Assembly: GCF_001194135.2 (NCBI RefSeq)
Contig: NC_068989.1
Location: 91,167,536-91,226,481 of the forward strand
From: Octopus bimaculoides
Lineage: Eukaryota
Direction of reading: 5' to 3'
DNA: 58,946 nucleotides
Below are positions 25,696 through 38,199 of the stretch, in pieces (within the stretch, counting starts at the first letter, position 1; every line of letters begins with the position of its first letter). Made by a program: the position numbers and the translations under genes. The notes below the pieces were generated by a model, which made no database searches, was not told where the DNA came from, and worked only from the letters and a program-made list of their open reading frames with translations.

Positions 25696-26390
25696 NNNNN
25701 NNNNNNNNNNNNNNNNNNNNNNNNNNNNNNNNNNNNNNNNNNNNNNNNNNNNNNNNNNNNNNNNNNNNNNNNNNNNNNNNNNNNNNNNNNNNNNNNNNNN
25801 NNNNNNNNNNNNNNNNNNNNNNNNNNNNNNNNNNNNNNNNNNNNNNNNNNNNNNNNNNNNNNNNNNNNNNNNNNNNNNNNNNNNNNNNNNNNNNNNNNNN
25901 NNNNNNNNNNNNNNNNNNNNNNNNNNNNNNNNNNNNNNNNNNNNNNNNNNNNNNNNNNNNNNNNNNNNNNNNNNNNNNNNNNNNNNNNNNNNNNNNNNNN
26001 NNNNNNNNNNNNNNNNNNNNNNNNNNNNNNNNNNNNNNNNNNNNNNNNNNNNNNNNNNNNNNNNNNNNNNNNNNNNNNNNNNNNNNNNNNNNNNNNNNNN
26101 NNNNNNNNNNNNNNNNNNNNNNNNNNNNNNNNNNNNNNNNNNNNNNNNNNNNNNNNNNNNNNNNNNNNNNNNNNNNNNNNNNNNNNNNNNNNNNNNNNNN
26201 NNNNNNNNNNNNNNNNNNNNNNNNNNNNNNNNNNNNNNNNNNNNNNNNNNNNNNNNNNNNNNNNNNNNNNNNNNNNNNNNNNNNNNNNNNNNNNNNNNNN
26301 NNNNNNNNNNNNNNNNNNNNNNNNNNNNNNNNNNNNNNNNNNNNNNNNNNNNNNNNNNNNNNNNNNNNNNNNNNNNNNNNNNNNNNNNNN

Positions 26391-26466
<76 letters not shown>

Positions 26467-27839
26467 AACTTAAACACACAAGCATAAATACGTGTCTGTG
26501 TGTGTATCCGTGTGTGTGTTTGTGCGAGAAATGGATGCCAGTGTTTAACTTCTCAAATCGAAAAACAAACATTCCAGACAAACATAATATTATGTATAAC
26601 ACTTGTATCTACACATGTCCACACACACACACACAGATTCACAAAAACGAGCGCAGTCAAACATACGCACACATAAGCACACACATGTACATATTATAGA
26701 CTCAAGAACACAATCTCAAGTGTGTGTGTGTGTGTGTGTGTGTGTTCGTATGTGTGAGTCTATATTTTATTATAAGCATATGTTTCTGTGTAATATTTGT
26801 ATGCGTGTGTTTCACTGCTTCTACCAAACTAGTCATTTCTGAAGAATAACACGAACCAAGAATCAGACCAATGCATTTAAGCTTTAAATTACAGCCAGAT
26901 TCTCACTAAATGGTTATAAATACATCACTGTTTTACGGTGAAGCACATGATTCTGTAGGTTTTATCCTCAAATTTTAGCTCTAGCAGAGGTGCTGTTTGG
27001 GCACCGCTGTTTGGGCGTTGACGATTTGGCACGGTTGACTGGGCTTTCAACCTGTTTGGGCAGCAGTACGTTTTTGTGCTGAATGCAAACACGCACATAC
27101 CAAAACGCGCTCAACACACACACTTACGTACTCTTTCTTTTTTTTCTCTCTATCTTTTTCTTTCTCTCTCTTTCACACACATGCTTACACATACACGTAT
27201 GCGCACACAGAAATATTTATATGTAGAGAGAGAGAGAGAAAGAGAGAGAGCTATTACAATTTATCAATTGAACACGATTAACACGTATCCTTTCCTGATA
27301 TACATAAAGAGAAATATGCTGATACACATGAACAGTGGAAGAGAGAGAGAGAAACGGAGAAAGAGAGTGAAAGGGGAGGGAGAAAAAAAGAGAGAGATGG
27401 AGAGAAAAAGAGAAAAAAGAGACAGGGAGAGAGAAAGTGAAAGAAAGAGGGGAAGAAATAGAGAGAAGCGAGAGAAACGGAGTCATGTATGTAGGAAGTG
27501 AAGGCTTCTAACGCCACACACGACAGTGCCGAACCAGCTGCGCCAAATAGGATGCGTTAGAACAGAACAGATGGACCCAAACATATAATTCCTTTGTAAT
27601 CGTCTGTATATGCTAATACTTATTCAATAAAGTAGCTTAATAGTTTTGTTAAGCAATTTAACGGCTTGTCTTTGTAAACCATATACATAACAAACTGTAG
27701 TTTGGTCTCCACGAACTTTTATAGCACATATATACACTGTTATACCAATCATAATCATAAACAACGGAATCGAACAATTTCCAATATCACAACAAGCATA
27801 AACCCATCCACTCAGACTTAAAACATGTACAGACATAGG

Positions 27840-28310
27840 TGCACGGATGGCTGTATGGTAAAGAAGCGCCTTTTGCAGTTGCGTGTCTTCGCGTTCGGTC
27901 CCACTATACGTCACTCTGGGCAAGTGTGTTATACTATGTTCGCGGGTCCAATAAATGGGTTGTGAGTGAATTAGCTTAACGGAAACTGTATGGCGGAGAG
28001 CTGGCAGAAACGTTAGCACGCCGGGCGAAATGCTTAGCGGAATTTCGTCCGCCGCTACGTTCTGAGTTCAAATTCCGCCGAGGTCGACTTAGCCTTTCAT
28101 CCTTTCGGAGTCGATTAAATAAGTACCAGTTACGCACACACACACACACACACATAAACATAAATACGGTGGCTTCCATACAATTTCCTATTTCTTTATT
28201 GTCCACAAAGGGCTAAACACAGAGGGGACAGACAAAGGGGGATTAAGTCGATTACATCGACCCCAGTGCGTAACTAGTACTTAATTTATCGACCCCGAAA
28301 GGATGAAAAG
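27840..28310. mobile_element. SINE B head (+, ~27840-27985), SINE A (+, 27992-28135) and an inverted SINE A 3' part (-, ~28190-28310)
   Basis: The core around 28095-28130 recurs in reverse orientation at ~28270-28308. Confidence 0.8.
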
Positions 28311-28545
28311 CATCTTGTATATATATCGTATTTTCTTTTACAATTTGCTGCTCTCATCCAAATTGCATTAATTCTTACAATAAAACAGGTATCCCAGATT
28401 CCTCATCCATAGAGCTTTAATTCTGTGTCTGATGATAATCAGTCAAAACGCTGGGTTGTTAACGACTCCCCGCTGATCTAACACTGATTTGGTGTTCTCT
28501 CAGTTTTAATACTCATATTTTGCCAGCTGTACAGGGTAGAGAGAG

Positions 28546-28940
28546 TGGAGGCGCAATGGCTCAGTGGTTAGGGCAGCGGACTCGCGGTCATAAGATCGGT
28601 TTCGATTCCCAGAGCGGTCGTTGTGAGTGTTTATTGAGCGAAAACACCCAAAGCTCCACGAGGCTCCGGCAAGGGATGGTGGCGAACCCTGCTGTACTCT
28701 TTCATCACAACTTTCTCTCACTCTTACTTCCTGTTTCTGTTGTGCCTGTAATTCAAAGGGCCAGCCTTGTCACACTGTGTCACGCTGAATATCCCCAAGA
28801 ACTATGTTAAGGGTACACGTGTCTGTGGAGTGCTCAGCCACTTGCATGTTAATTTCACGAGCAGGCTGTTCCGCTGATCGGATCAACTGGAACCTTCGAC
28901 GTCGTAAGCGGCGGAGTGCCAACAACAACAACAACAACAC
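28546..28940 (+). mobile_element. tRNA-derived SINE family C with (AAC)n tail
   Basis: A box TGGCTCAGTGG, B box GGTTTCGATTCC, unrelated body, 3' (AAC)n. Confidence 0.8.
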
Positions 28941-29766
28941 AGTAGAGAGCATCGGAAAGTAAAGTGCGTTGCCCATGAACTGGGAATCAAACCCAGGATT
29001 TTAGTACTGAGAGACCAGTTTCCCTAACCATTAGACCAAACAACTTCTCGGAACATTAATACTCCGAAATTAATAATTTTCTATAGATGAAAAACAAACT
29101 TCATTGTTACACAATTTACTAAAAAAAAATCGAAGGTAATCAAATATACTGACCGTTTCTACGCTTTATATTTTTGATTTAAGCAACAATATTATGATCG
29201 ATTATGGCCTAAACAATGGTTATTTTATGATGCAACTCAGCCAGAAATATTTCAGATTTAGATAATGAGATTTACAGGTAGACAAACTAAATTGAGAGAA
29301 AAATCATAGGTATTTCATCTAGGTCACAACGACTAAGTTTTCCGTTAAAATAACGTAATAACTTAATATACACAACAACAGACAGACAGAACTTGAAAAA
29401 AAAAATGTTAGTTACATCTTTATATCGGTAAATAGATAACATAATCCACAATAATTCAAAGCATATTCAGAACTACCATTAATGGTATGTGAGCGTGTGT
29501 GTATATNNNNNNNNNNATATATATATATATATGTGTGTGTGTGTGTATATGTGAGTGTGTATGTATACATGAGTCTATATAAATGTGGGTGTGTATTAAG
29601 AAAAATCTGTCTGTCTGTCTGTCTGTCTGTCTTCTTTTACTTGTTTTAGTCTTTGCATGTGTATCTATTCTTATAATACTTCCTTTTGTTTTAGAATAAA
29701 TAGACATAATAGAATGTCTACCGGCTGATGTATGTCGTTTTTGTATCCCTCCATTTTCTTTTTGTC

Positions 29767-29809
<43 letters not shown>

Positions 29810-29908
29810 CAGCGGCCCCATCTAAGAATATGTGAAGGAATTGTATTCCGAAATCGGACTATAGATAATTAAATTACAACATACCAGTGCTGTTGCTGTG
29901 TTTGGTAT

Positions 29909-30170
29909 TCCTTCCATTGGTGATGGTGGTGGTTGTGGTGGTGGTGGGGCCCTTCCATTTGTGGTGGTGGTGGTGATACCCTTCTATTGGTGGTGGTGGT
30001 GATACCCTTCTATTGGTGGTGGTGGTGGTGATACCCTTCTATTGGTGGTGGTGGTGGTGGTGATACCCTTCTATTGGTGGTGGTGGTGTCCTTCCGTTGG
30101 TGATGGTGGTGGTGGTGGTGTCCTTCCATTGGTGATGGTGGTAGTGGTGGTGTCCTTCCATTGGTGGTGG
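29909..30170 (+). repeat. Compound minisatellite: CCTTC(C/T)ATT spacers alternating with (GGT)n, 9 units
   Basis: Read directly from the sequence. Confidence 0.9.
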
Positions 30171-30414
30171 CGATGTAGTCGCCTATAGAAATTGGTAATT
30201 AACCTCAGCATTTCTAACAAGTCATCTACCATTAAAGGTCTTCGCCTTATTGCATTAAGGAAAGAACAGTTGTAGCAACATTTCTGAGGCCTTTAACAGT
30301 GCACAGGGAAGAAGGTTCACTGGAATAAAGTTAGAACTTAGAAGAGGGTCATTTCTGCATTTAAAATAGCCAAACTATTAACTTCTGGTAAATTGATTTA
30401 CTTCACAGGGTATT

Positions 30415-30580
30415 ATCAACATGTTTATTATCGAACATAGCGGTTCAGTTATAAAGACCGACAAAATAAGTAAAAGTCTTAGAGAATAAAACTACTGGGA
30501 GCAATTTATTCCTCTCAAACGTTTGAAAGCGGTGCTGCAGCATGGCCGCAGTTCAATAATCGAAGCAAGTAAAAATAAGA
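30415..30580 (+). mobile_element. SINE family B tail
   Basis: gcggtgctgcagcatggccgcag motif. Confidence 0.7.
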
Positions 30581-31442
30581 GATTATTTTATAAGTACACA
30601 CGCGCAAATACGTATGTACGTATAGAGCCACACATGTGTATGTACATGTTCGAATATGTGTAATCGCATTCATATATATGTATATATTACATATATATAT
30701 ATATATACATAAGAATGTGCGTGTATATAGAAGAAATAATAAACGAAAGATAAATAGGAAGATAATACTAAATCGATTAGGAAATCAATCCCAAAACATT
30801 CGAAGCATCACTGAATCATAATCCTTACCCCAAAATACATGATCGATAAGTAATCTATCACATTAAGTCATTTTTTAAATATGTCCATATTTACCGATAA
30901 ACAAATACATAGCGTACGTACACTTAGGTCTCTTATGATATGTGTGTATATATATATATATATATATNNNNNNNNNNNNNNNNNNNNNNNNNNNNNNNNN
31001 NNNNNNNNNNNNNNNNNNNNNNNNNNNNNNNNNNNNNNNNNNNNNNNNNNNNNNNNNNNNNNNNNNNNNNNNNNNNNNNNNNNNNNNNNNNNNNNNNNNN
31101 NNNNNNNNNNNNNNNNNNNNNNNNNNNNNNNNNNNNNNNNNNNNNNNNNNNNNNNNNNNNNNNNNNNNNNNNNNNNNNNNNNNNNNNNNNNNNNNNNNNN
31201 NNNNNNNNNNNNNNNNNNNNNNNNNNNNNNNNNNNNNNNNNNNNNNNNNNNNNNNNNNNNNNNNNNNNNNNNNNNNNNNNNNNNNNNNNNNNNNNNNNNN
31301 NNNNNNNNNNNGTATATATTAATGTACATGTACATATACACATATATGCATATATACATACACACAGACACACACCAAATACACATATACTATATGTATG
31401 TATATTTATATTACATATAATGTTAACTTTTTACAATCACAG

Positions 31443-31489
<47 letters not shown>

Positions 31490-31986
31490 TTTCGCGTATT
31501 TATATACGTATGAATGCATATATATGTATTTGTATGTGTGTTTATAAACACACACCCGCACGAAAACACGCACACACACACATACATATATATGCACGTC
31601 TGTCTATTTGTAGGATTGCTGTCAATTAGTTATTTTTGCATTATATTTCTTTTTCTTTTACAAAAGAAAAGTACTTTTCATTTTTCGATTCTTAAGAGCA
31701 TAATGTAGCATTCCGGCTGAAATGATTGGTTGAAGGTTTTATTTTATTGGAGAGGACAGAATGGTATGTAGAAAGCGTGGTATTAAAGGGTGCTGGGTCT
31801 GTTGATAGTGCAGGTACGGTCAGGAAAACAGAAATATAAATATAAAAAATAATAAAGACTTAAATCGATCAATCGAACCGCACTGAAAACAAGATTAAAA
31901 CATAATAATAAATACAGCGAAAAGGAAGTAAACAGTATTCTATATAAATATATATAAACATGTATGTATGTATGTATGTCTTCATT

Positions 31987-32019
<33 letters not shown>

Positions 32020-32022
<3 letters not shown>

Positions 32023-32235
32023 GGTGGTGAATTGGTTCGTTACATCATCGAACAAAATGCTTCGGCTGTATTTCTTCTGGCCTTTTTACATTATAGGTTC
32101 AAATTCCGTCGGGATCGATTTCGCCATTCGTCGTCTCGGGATCGATAAAACGAACCCCAGCTGAGTAAATAAAGTCGATGTAATCGACATTTTCCTCTCT
32201 TCTAAGATTTACTAGTTTTGTGCCAAAATAGGAAT
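32020..32235 (+). mobile_element. Degenerate SINE family A
   Basis: ggttcaaattcc, tcgggatcgataaa, gtcgatgtaatcgac motifs. Confidence 0.7.
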
Positions 32236-32532
32236 CCATGTACGTATACATGTACTAACACACACACACACACGCACATATGTATATCAAATTAAGGAGA
32301 GGAGAAAACAAATTTAAAGGCCGATGTATATATTCATTCAATCCATATTAACGGAAATTCTCCATGGTGTACAAAGTACATGATAGACGCATTCATCTAT
32401 ATGATATATGAAAAATTTCCAAGAATTTATGAATACGTACATATACACGAAAATTTATAAATATATTATAATTCATACACATATAAAAATTTATAAACAC
32501 ATAAAAATTCATAAATATAAATATATAAAAAG

Positions 32533-32844
32533 TGTAAGTCCATAAATGTATTTGCGAAGTCTTAATGAAGAGGATGATAAAGCTGATGTAAAAAGATTCG
32601 TAAAGAGTCTGGAACATATATAAAGTCTATGTATAAAGTCTTACAGCTGTTTCGAAAAGATATAACTCTGATGAGAGAAATATAGAAAATATGTTATGAC
32701 TGGAGTTAGCTCGCCCATAGCAACCTATATCTTTTCGAAACGGCCGTAAGACTTTATATATGTTCCAGACTCCTTATGAATAATTTTACATCCGCTTTAT
32801 CATCCTCTTCATTCGGACTTCGCAAATACATTTATGGACTTACA
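32533..32844. mobile_element. Foldback element (arms 32533-32665 and 32726-32844) containing a hammerhead core on +
   Basis: Arms are reverse complements. CTGATGA 32668-74, stem II 32675-85/32725-36, GAAA 32737-40, cggccg, TA. Confidence 0.75.
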
Positions 32845-33590
32845 GATCCTCCACCATGTGTTTAACAGTTGGAAGAAGTCAGTCTGGCTCAAATGCTTCT
32901 TTTGGCTGTCTCCACACGTATACTCGGCCAGTGGTCGGAAATAAGGGAAGGGATGACTCGTCCGAGAAAATATCATTCTTCCACTACTCTAGGGACCAAT
33001 TCTGTAGGTTTTTACTCCACTCTAAACGCAATGCAACGTTTGTTTTTGAAAGTAGTGGTTTTCTGATTGCAGTCCTCCCGTGAAATCTGTCTTTGTGCAG
33101 CTCCCAGCGAACAGTTTTTGTGGAAACTGGGTTCTTGAGGTGGTCATTAAGCCCTGCAATAATTTTGGGAGCTGTACTTTTGTGATCCTTTCTAACAAAT
33201 CGCGTAAGAGACCGACGGTCCCTATATGAAAGTTTTGGTTTTCTTGCGGAGTTTTGTTTGGACGAGGAGGTTTTTCCCTCTTTCTCAAAGGCTATCATTA
33301 CTTTCGACCCAGTACTTCTTGATACACCAAACATTTCGGCTGTTTTCGTTACGCTAGCGCCTGCCATACGGACACCAGCAATTTGACCTTTTTGAAAGTC
33401 CGATAGATCCGTCATTTTAATGAATTTTAATTACCTTTTTCTAATGATATCTGAAACAGTAATTTTAGCAAAACATATTAAGCAACACTTATAATAAATC
33501 AAAAACATAAAAATAAACAAGCTTTTAACGGTTTTATAGATAATTCAAAATTATGATGCTACGTTTTTCCATTACCTTGTTCAACCCCTG
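32845..33590 (-). mobile_element. Tc1-like element, 5' half (TIR plus paired-like HTH to first catalytic D), truncated
   Basis: TA-CAGGGGTTGAACAAGGTAATGG TIR at 33590. ORF 32984-33415 (LSDFQKGQI...RKPLLS), then after a stop IFSDES and PTVKH.GGGS. Confidence 0.92.
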
Positions 33591-34056
33591 TATACATATA
33601 TATATATATATATAGGTATATATATATATATATTGTCATTTTAGTCATTCATACGAACTTACGTATATATACTTATACACATGAATATATGTCTGCGGAT
33701 GTGTATGCTTTAAATAATAGAAGAAAATTACAGACTGTAATTATTTTTCATTTCGCTTCATAAAATTCTTTATTTATATACTTCAGGTTATGTCATGCTG
33801 ATGGCTATTAAAAAGAATGAAATTGTGCTATTTATGATTACGTCTGACTAGAAATTGTAAAAAGTTCGTAATAAGAAAATTCATTATATTCGTTCTATGA
33901 ATCCTTCAAATTTGTCATTCTGCCAAATAGAACGAAGAAATCATTATGTCTCTTGTATAAATCGTAAGTTTATAAAGTTCTAAAAGACTATTTTCTAAAA
34001 TACTAAAAGAGAACTTCCATCAGAACTGTGTTAATATGTGTTTGTAAAGTATTTTT

Positions 34057-34470
34057 GCGTGGTAAGAAGCTTGCTTCCCAACCACATGGTTCCGGGTTCA
34101 GTTCCATGCATGGCACCTTGGGCAAGTGTCTTCTATTGTAGCCTCGGGCCGACCAAAGGCTTGTGAGTGGATTTGTTAGACGGAAACTGAAAGAAACGCG
34201 TCGTGTGTGTGTATATATATATATATATACATATCTATATATATATATATATATATATCTTTGTGTGTGTTTATCCCTCCGTTGTCACTTGACAACCGAT
34301 GCTGGTGTGTTTTTTACCCGTAACTTAGCGGTTCGGCAAAAGGGACAGGTAGAATAAGTACTAAACTTAGAAAGAATAAGTCCTAGGGTCGATTTGTCGG
34401 ACTAACACCCTTTAAGGCGGTGCTACAGCTTGGCCGCAGTCAATTGACCGAGACAAGTAAGAGGGTAAAG
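34057..34470 (+). mobile_element. SINE family B, full length with internal microsatellite
   Basis: gtggtaagaagcttgcttcccaaccac head, gggttcagttcc B box, conserved tail. Confidence 0.85.
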
Positions 34471-34517
34471 AATAATTATTGGTCGGCTCAAGAGGGTATA
34501 TATTGTACATATATACC

Positions 34518-34550
<33 letters not shown>

Positions 34551-34739
34551 TTATGTTGTATGCATGTATCTATCTATCTATCTCTTATATATGTGTGTGT
34601 GTGTCTGTGTGTATATACATGTAGGTAGTTATATATTTTTCTAACCAGAATTTTATTGCCTCTATTCCGTAGTAATGTGGACTAATAGTTTCTTCGTTGG
34701 TGGTTTTTGGTAGATTCTCTGGCATATCCAGATCGTCTC

Positions 34740-35050
34740 TAAGGACAAAAATTCTCAATTAAGACCAACTTCACATGTGCTTCTCAGAACCTTGTCTCAG
34801 ATTGTGGTCACAATTATATGGGCCAAACGAGCCTTTATTTGCGACGCAGTCACGCTACATAAAGAACAGATTCGTTTCCCTCAATACAGGCAGATAGCAC
34901 TGAGCGGACATATCGACAGATGCGCAAGTAATAAAACGCCGAATTTTCATATCTTCCCATTATACCGATGCAAAGATTCAATCTCAGTACAAGAATGCCT
35001 AAACAAGGAAAACCTGTTCATACAAAAGTACACCTCAATATACAAATTTG
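34740..35050 (+). mobile_element. Penelope-like element GIY-YIG endonuclease fragment, frameshifted
   Basis: KTNFTCASQNLV...(YMGQT)...HKEQIR...LSGHIDRC...FHIFPLY...KENLFIQKY follows the PLE GIY-YIG pattern. Confidence 0.75.
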
Positions 35051-35770
35051 ACCATTTTAAAATTTATACTAAGGAGCCAGTTGTCCCCCTTGCTACCTGT
35101 TGCTTCCCTTGGTTCACTCTGTAGACATATTCTTATTTTTCAAGCATCCAAAATGACAAGATCCCTCTGTCACGAGAATTGATTACTGTACAATGTCCCT
35201 TGAAAAGCTAATTTAAATAGCGAAAACCGATTGAATTTCACAGCATCCATATAATATGTACATATTTATAAAAAGATATTAAACTATATGAAACGAAGGC
35301 ATTTCTCTTCCACTTTTTATATTTTTTCTCCACAGATTTTCAACCTATATATATATATATATATATATATTAGGGACATGCCGCCTAAGTAGGCAAGGTA
35401 GGCAGTGCCTACCTAGGCATAAAATAGATCGATAGCAACGCTTTCCTTTTTTGACAAAATATGCACCTAAGTCATTAAAATTATGAAGGTTACTCTGATT
35501 ACTATGCATAAAATGCCAAATATTTTATTATTTTGTACATTAGGTAGGCATAATTCGCTCCTGCTTTTCAATATCAGTATTTAAGCTACACATAGTAATA
35601 CTGGAGTACACGGGCTGTGTACACTCCTACAAGACCGGTTTTTTAACGTGCTATAATGCCAGAAATAAATCTGCTTTCAACTCAGTCGCGCGCTTGTGTT
35701 TCGCTTACTTTTTGTGTTTTTTTCCTCAGTTTTAGCTCATTTCCTTTTATTTCCACCCCCCCTCTTCCAG

Positions 35771-35879
35771 CAATGGATAGTGACCATCTTTATATCCTTA
35801 TACATTTTTATCCTTTTATCTACTGACAAATCTTTTGCTGATAGTTTACTGCGTGAAGGTCATCAACTGCTTACCCTGA
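35771..35879 (+). CDS. Candidate exon encoding a signal-peptide-like segment
   Basis: Long pyrimidine tract ending TTCCAG; open frame QWIVTIFISLYIFILLSTDKSFADSLLREG; possible donors after 35858 or 35879. No homolog recognised. Confidence 0.25.
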
Positions 35880-36589
35880 GTAATTACTGACTGCAGTATA
35901 TGTACATACATTCATGTATATATGTATAAATATATACATTTATTGCAGCAAATGAGAACAAATCCAGCTAAACAAAACTTTTAGGCCATCCTTCATACAT
36001 TGCCCTAAGAACACGAAGGAAGTGCTGAACATGCAATATGCTGATTCTTAAATGAATCAGACTGGCTTAATTAAAGCTCTCTTCCTCAATTCTCTAAAAT
36101 CAGTGTTCGTTGCAATTGCTTCAGAATGCCAGAACGGATCTGCTTTGGCCTTTTTCCCACGAAAGATAATTAGAAAGGAATCAAAGCGAATGGATGTTAT
36201 TTTGTTTTTACTGACTGTATAAATAGTTGTGGAAGGTTGAAGCAAACCATAATTGGGGCTGTACGTGCTGTGGTTGCAGAGAAAGTAGAGCACTCTATTC
36301 AATATATATCTCTATATTTAAGGAATCTTACTATCTCTCTCTTTCTCTCCCTCTCTCTTGCTGTTTTTATCTCTACCTGTGAATTTCTACGTTGAAATCC
36401 CACCGGGTTCAACTCGGCTCTTGTCATTATGTACGTATAAATAGACTATATATATTTAAATGAGCCAATGACAAAAAAACCTTTGTGGTCGGTCGAATCA
36501 CTAGAAATAATAACCAAATCAATTTGAACGACAACAGCCATAGCAAAGAAAATAAAAGAAAAATTACAGCTACACTACAGCAACGAATA

Positions 36590-36779
36590 TATGCGCAGGA
36601 GTGGCTGTGTGCCATAGGCACAGGAGTGACTTTGTAGTAAGAAGCTTGCTTCCCAACCACATGGTTTATGGTTCTGCGTGGTACTTTGGGCAAGTATGTT
36701 CTACTATAGCCTTGGCCTGACCAAGGCCTTGTGAGTGGATTTGGTAGACGGAGACTGAAAGAAGCCCTCGCGCTCGCGC

Positions 36780-36830
<51 letters not shown>

Positions 36831-37080
36831 TATATATAGTGTGTGTGTATACGTATGTATGTATATATTTGTGTGAGTGCCTGTCTTTGTCCACCACCAT
36901 CGCTTGACAATCGATGTTGGTGTGTTTATGTCCCCGTAACATAGCGGTTCGGCTAAGAGACCGATAGAATAACTACTAGGCTTACAAAGAATAAGTCCTG
37001 GGGTCGATTTGTTCGACTAAATGTTGTACTCCAGCATGGCTGCAGTCAACTGACAGAAACAAGTAAAAGAATAAAAGAAT
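36590..37080 (+). mobile_element. SINE family B, full length with internal (AT)n
   Basis: Same head and tail as 34057-34470. Confidence 0.85.
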
Positions 37081-37266
37081 ACATGAGATATAACATCGAA
37101 CAAGTGAATTCTATGTTTCATCAAACTATTTAAAATAGCAGTCAATTCCCTCAATGAATATAGTACATTTTATAACGTAATCTTCGGTATGCTGTACATG
37201 TATAAACAAGTTTGCCGTGGATACGATGTCTTCATTTATAGTTATGACGGATCAACAGTGATTTAA

Positions 37267-37445
37267 TATTTCTATATTTAAGAGAGGAGGAACTATGTAC
37301 ATTATTTATATTATTTATATTCGACGGATATTTGTCCTCGTCTTGTTTGTTGTTAACACAACGTTTCGGCTGATATACCCTCCAGCCTTCATCAGGTGTC
37401 TTGGGGAAATTTCGAACCTGAGTTCTCATTCCTAAGGTATTTTTC

Positions 37446-37482
<37 letters not shown>

Positions 37483-37738
37483 TCACTTCCTGGAATCGAA
37501 CTCGGAATCTTGGGGTTAGTAGCCCGCGCTTTTAACCACTACGCCACACATCCGTGGGCATATGCAGTGACCTAAATAATAATAATGATGATAATAATAA
37601 CATTGAAAAATACCTTAGGAATGAGAAACCAGGTTCGAAATTTCCTCAAGGCAACTGATGAAGGCTGGAGGGTATATCAGCCGAAATGTTGTGTTAACAA
37701 CAAACAAGATGACAAATACCCGTCGAATGTAAATAATG
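37267..37738 (-). mobile_element. tRNA-headed, hammerhead-bearing foldback retroelement with candidate 13-bp TSD
   Basis: Inverted arms ~37310-37487 and 37566-37738; A box 37536-46 and B box 37492-503 on minus; TSD-like aacagtgatttaa (37254-66) and aacactgatttaa (37739-51). Confidence 0.8.
37355..37400 (-). ncRNA. Minimal type I hammerhead ribozyme
   Basis: gacac-CUGAUGA-A-ggcug(gaggguauau)cagcc-GAAA-cg-UU-guguu; all core nucleotides present; stem III is the palindrome ACGU. Confidence 0.75.
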
Positions 37739-38131
37739 AACACTGATTTAAAGCTAAACGTAAGTCCCATTCATCAAATAATCTATGCTTTTCGCAGGTG
37801 TTGACCTGACCCTGTGGTTAAGTTACTCCCTCACGAAACTGTGTGCGCTGGTACCGTCCCCAATGTTCGCATCTGTATCTACGAGACTGGATCTAGTGCA
37901 AGGCTATATATACTCCCATACGTAAATGAGTGCAAGAATGGACGCAGTGCGAGCCTCCTGAACGAAATTTAGAATACGGAAATCCTAAGCTTTTCGAAAG
38001 GACTGTTCTGTCCCTGTTCTTGTGCGATAGGCACAAATGCTCACCTGGGCTCACAGGCCTAACAGCAGCTGCTAACCGCTACGTTTCTGAACCGGTCGTA
38101 AGCACCCAGGGTGCGTGCGCGCGCACACCCA

Positions 38132-38166
<35 letters not shown>

Positions 38167-38199
38167 TTATGTGTTTGGTTTGTTTTTGTGTTTGAACCC

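Noticed and set aside
28425-28500. C/D snoRNA or HHR around CTGATGA
   Set aside because: C box lacks the 5' purine and there is no terminal stem; no GAAA after a valid stem II.
28546-28620. tRNA gene
   Set aside because: A and B boxes are present but there is no acceptor-stem closure, and it continues into a SINE body.
28975-29050. Minus-strand tRNA-like sequence
   Set aside because: Too decayed; most likely another SINE head.
35370-35410. DNA transposon end with AGGTAGGCA-G-TGCCTACCT palindrome
   Set aside because: No matching opposite end or TSD found.
37488-37555. tRNA-Ser gene (loop CTACTAA)
   Set aside because: Broken acceptor and anticodon stems and no long variable arm; treated as an element head.
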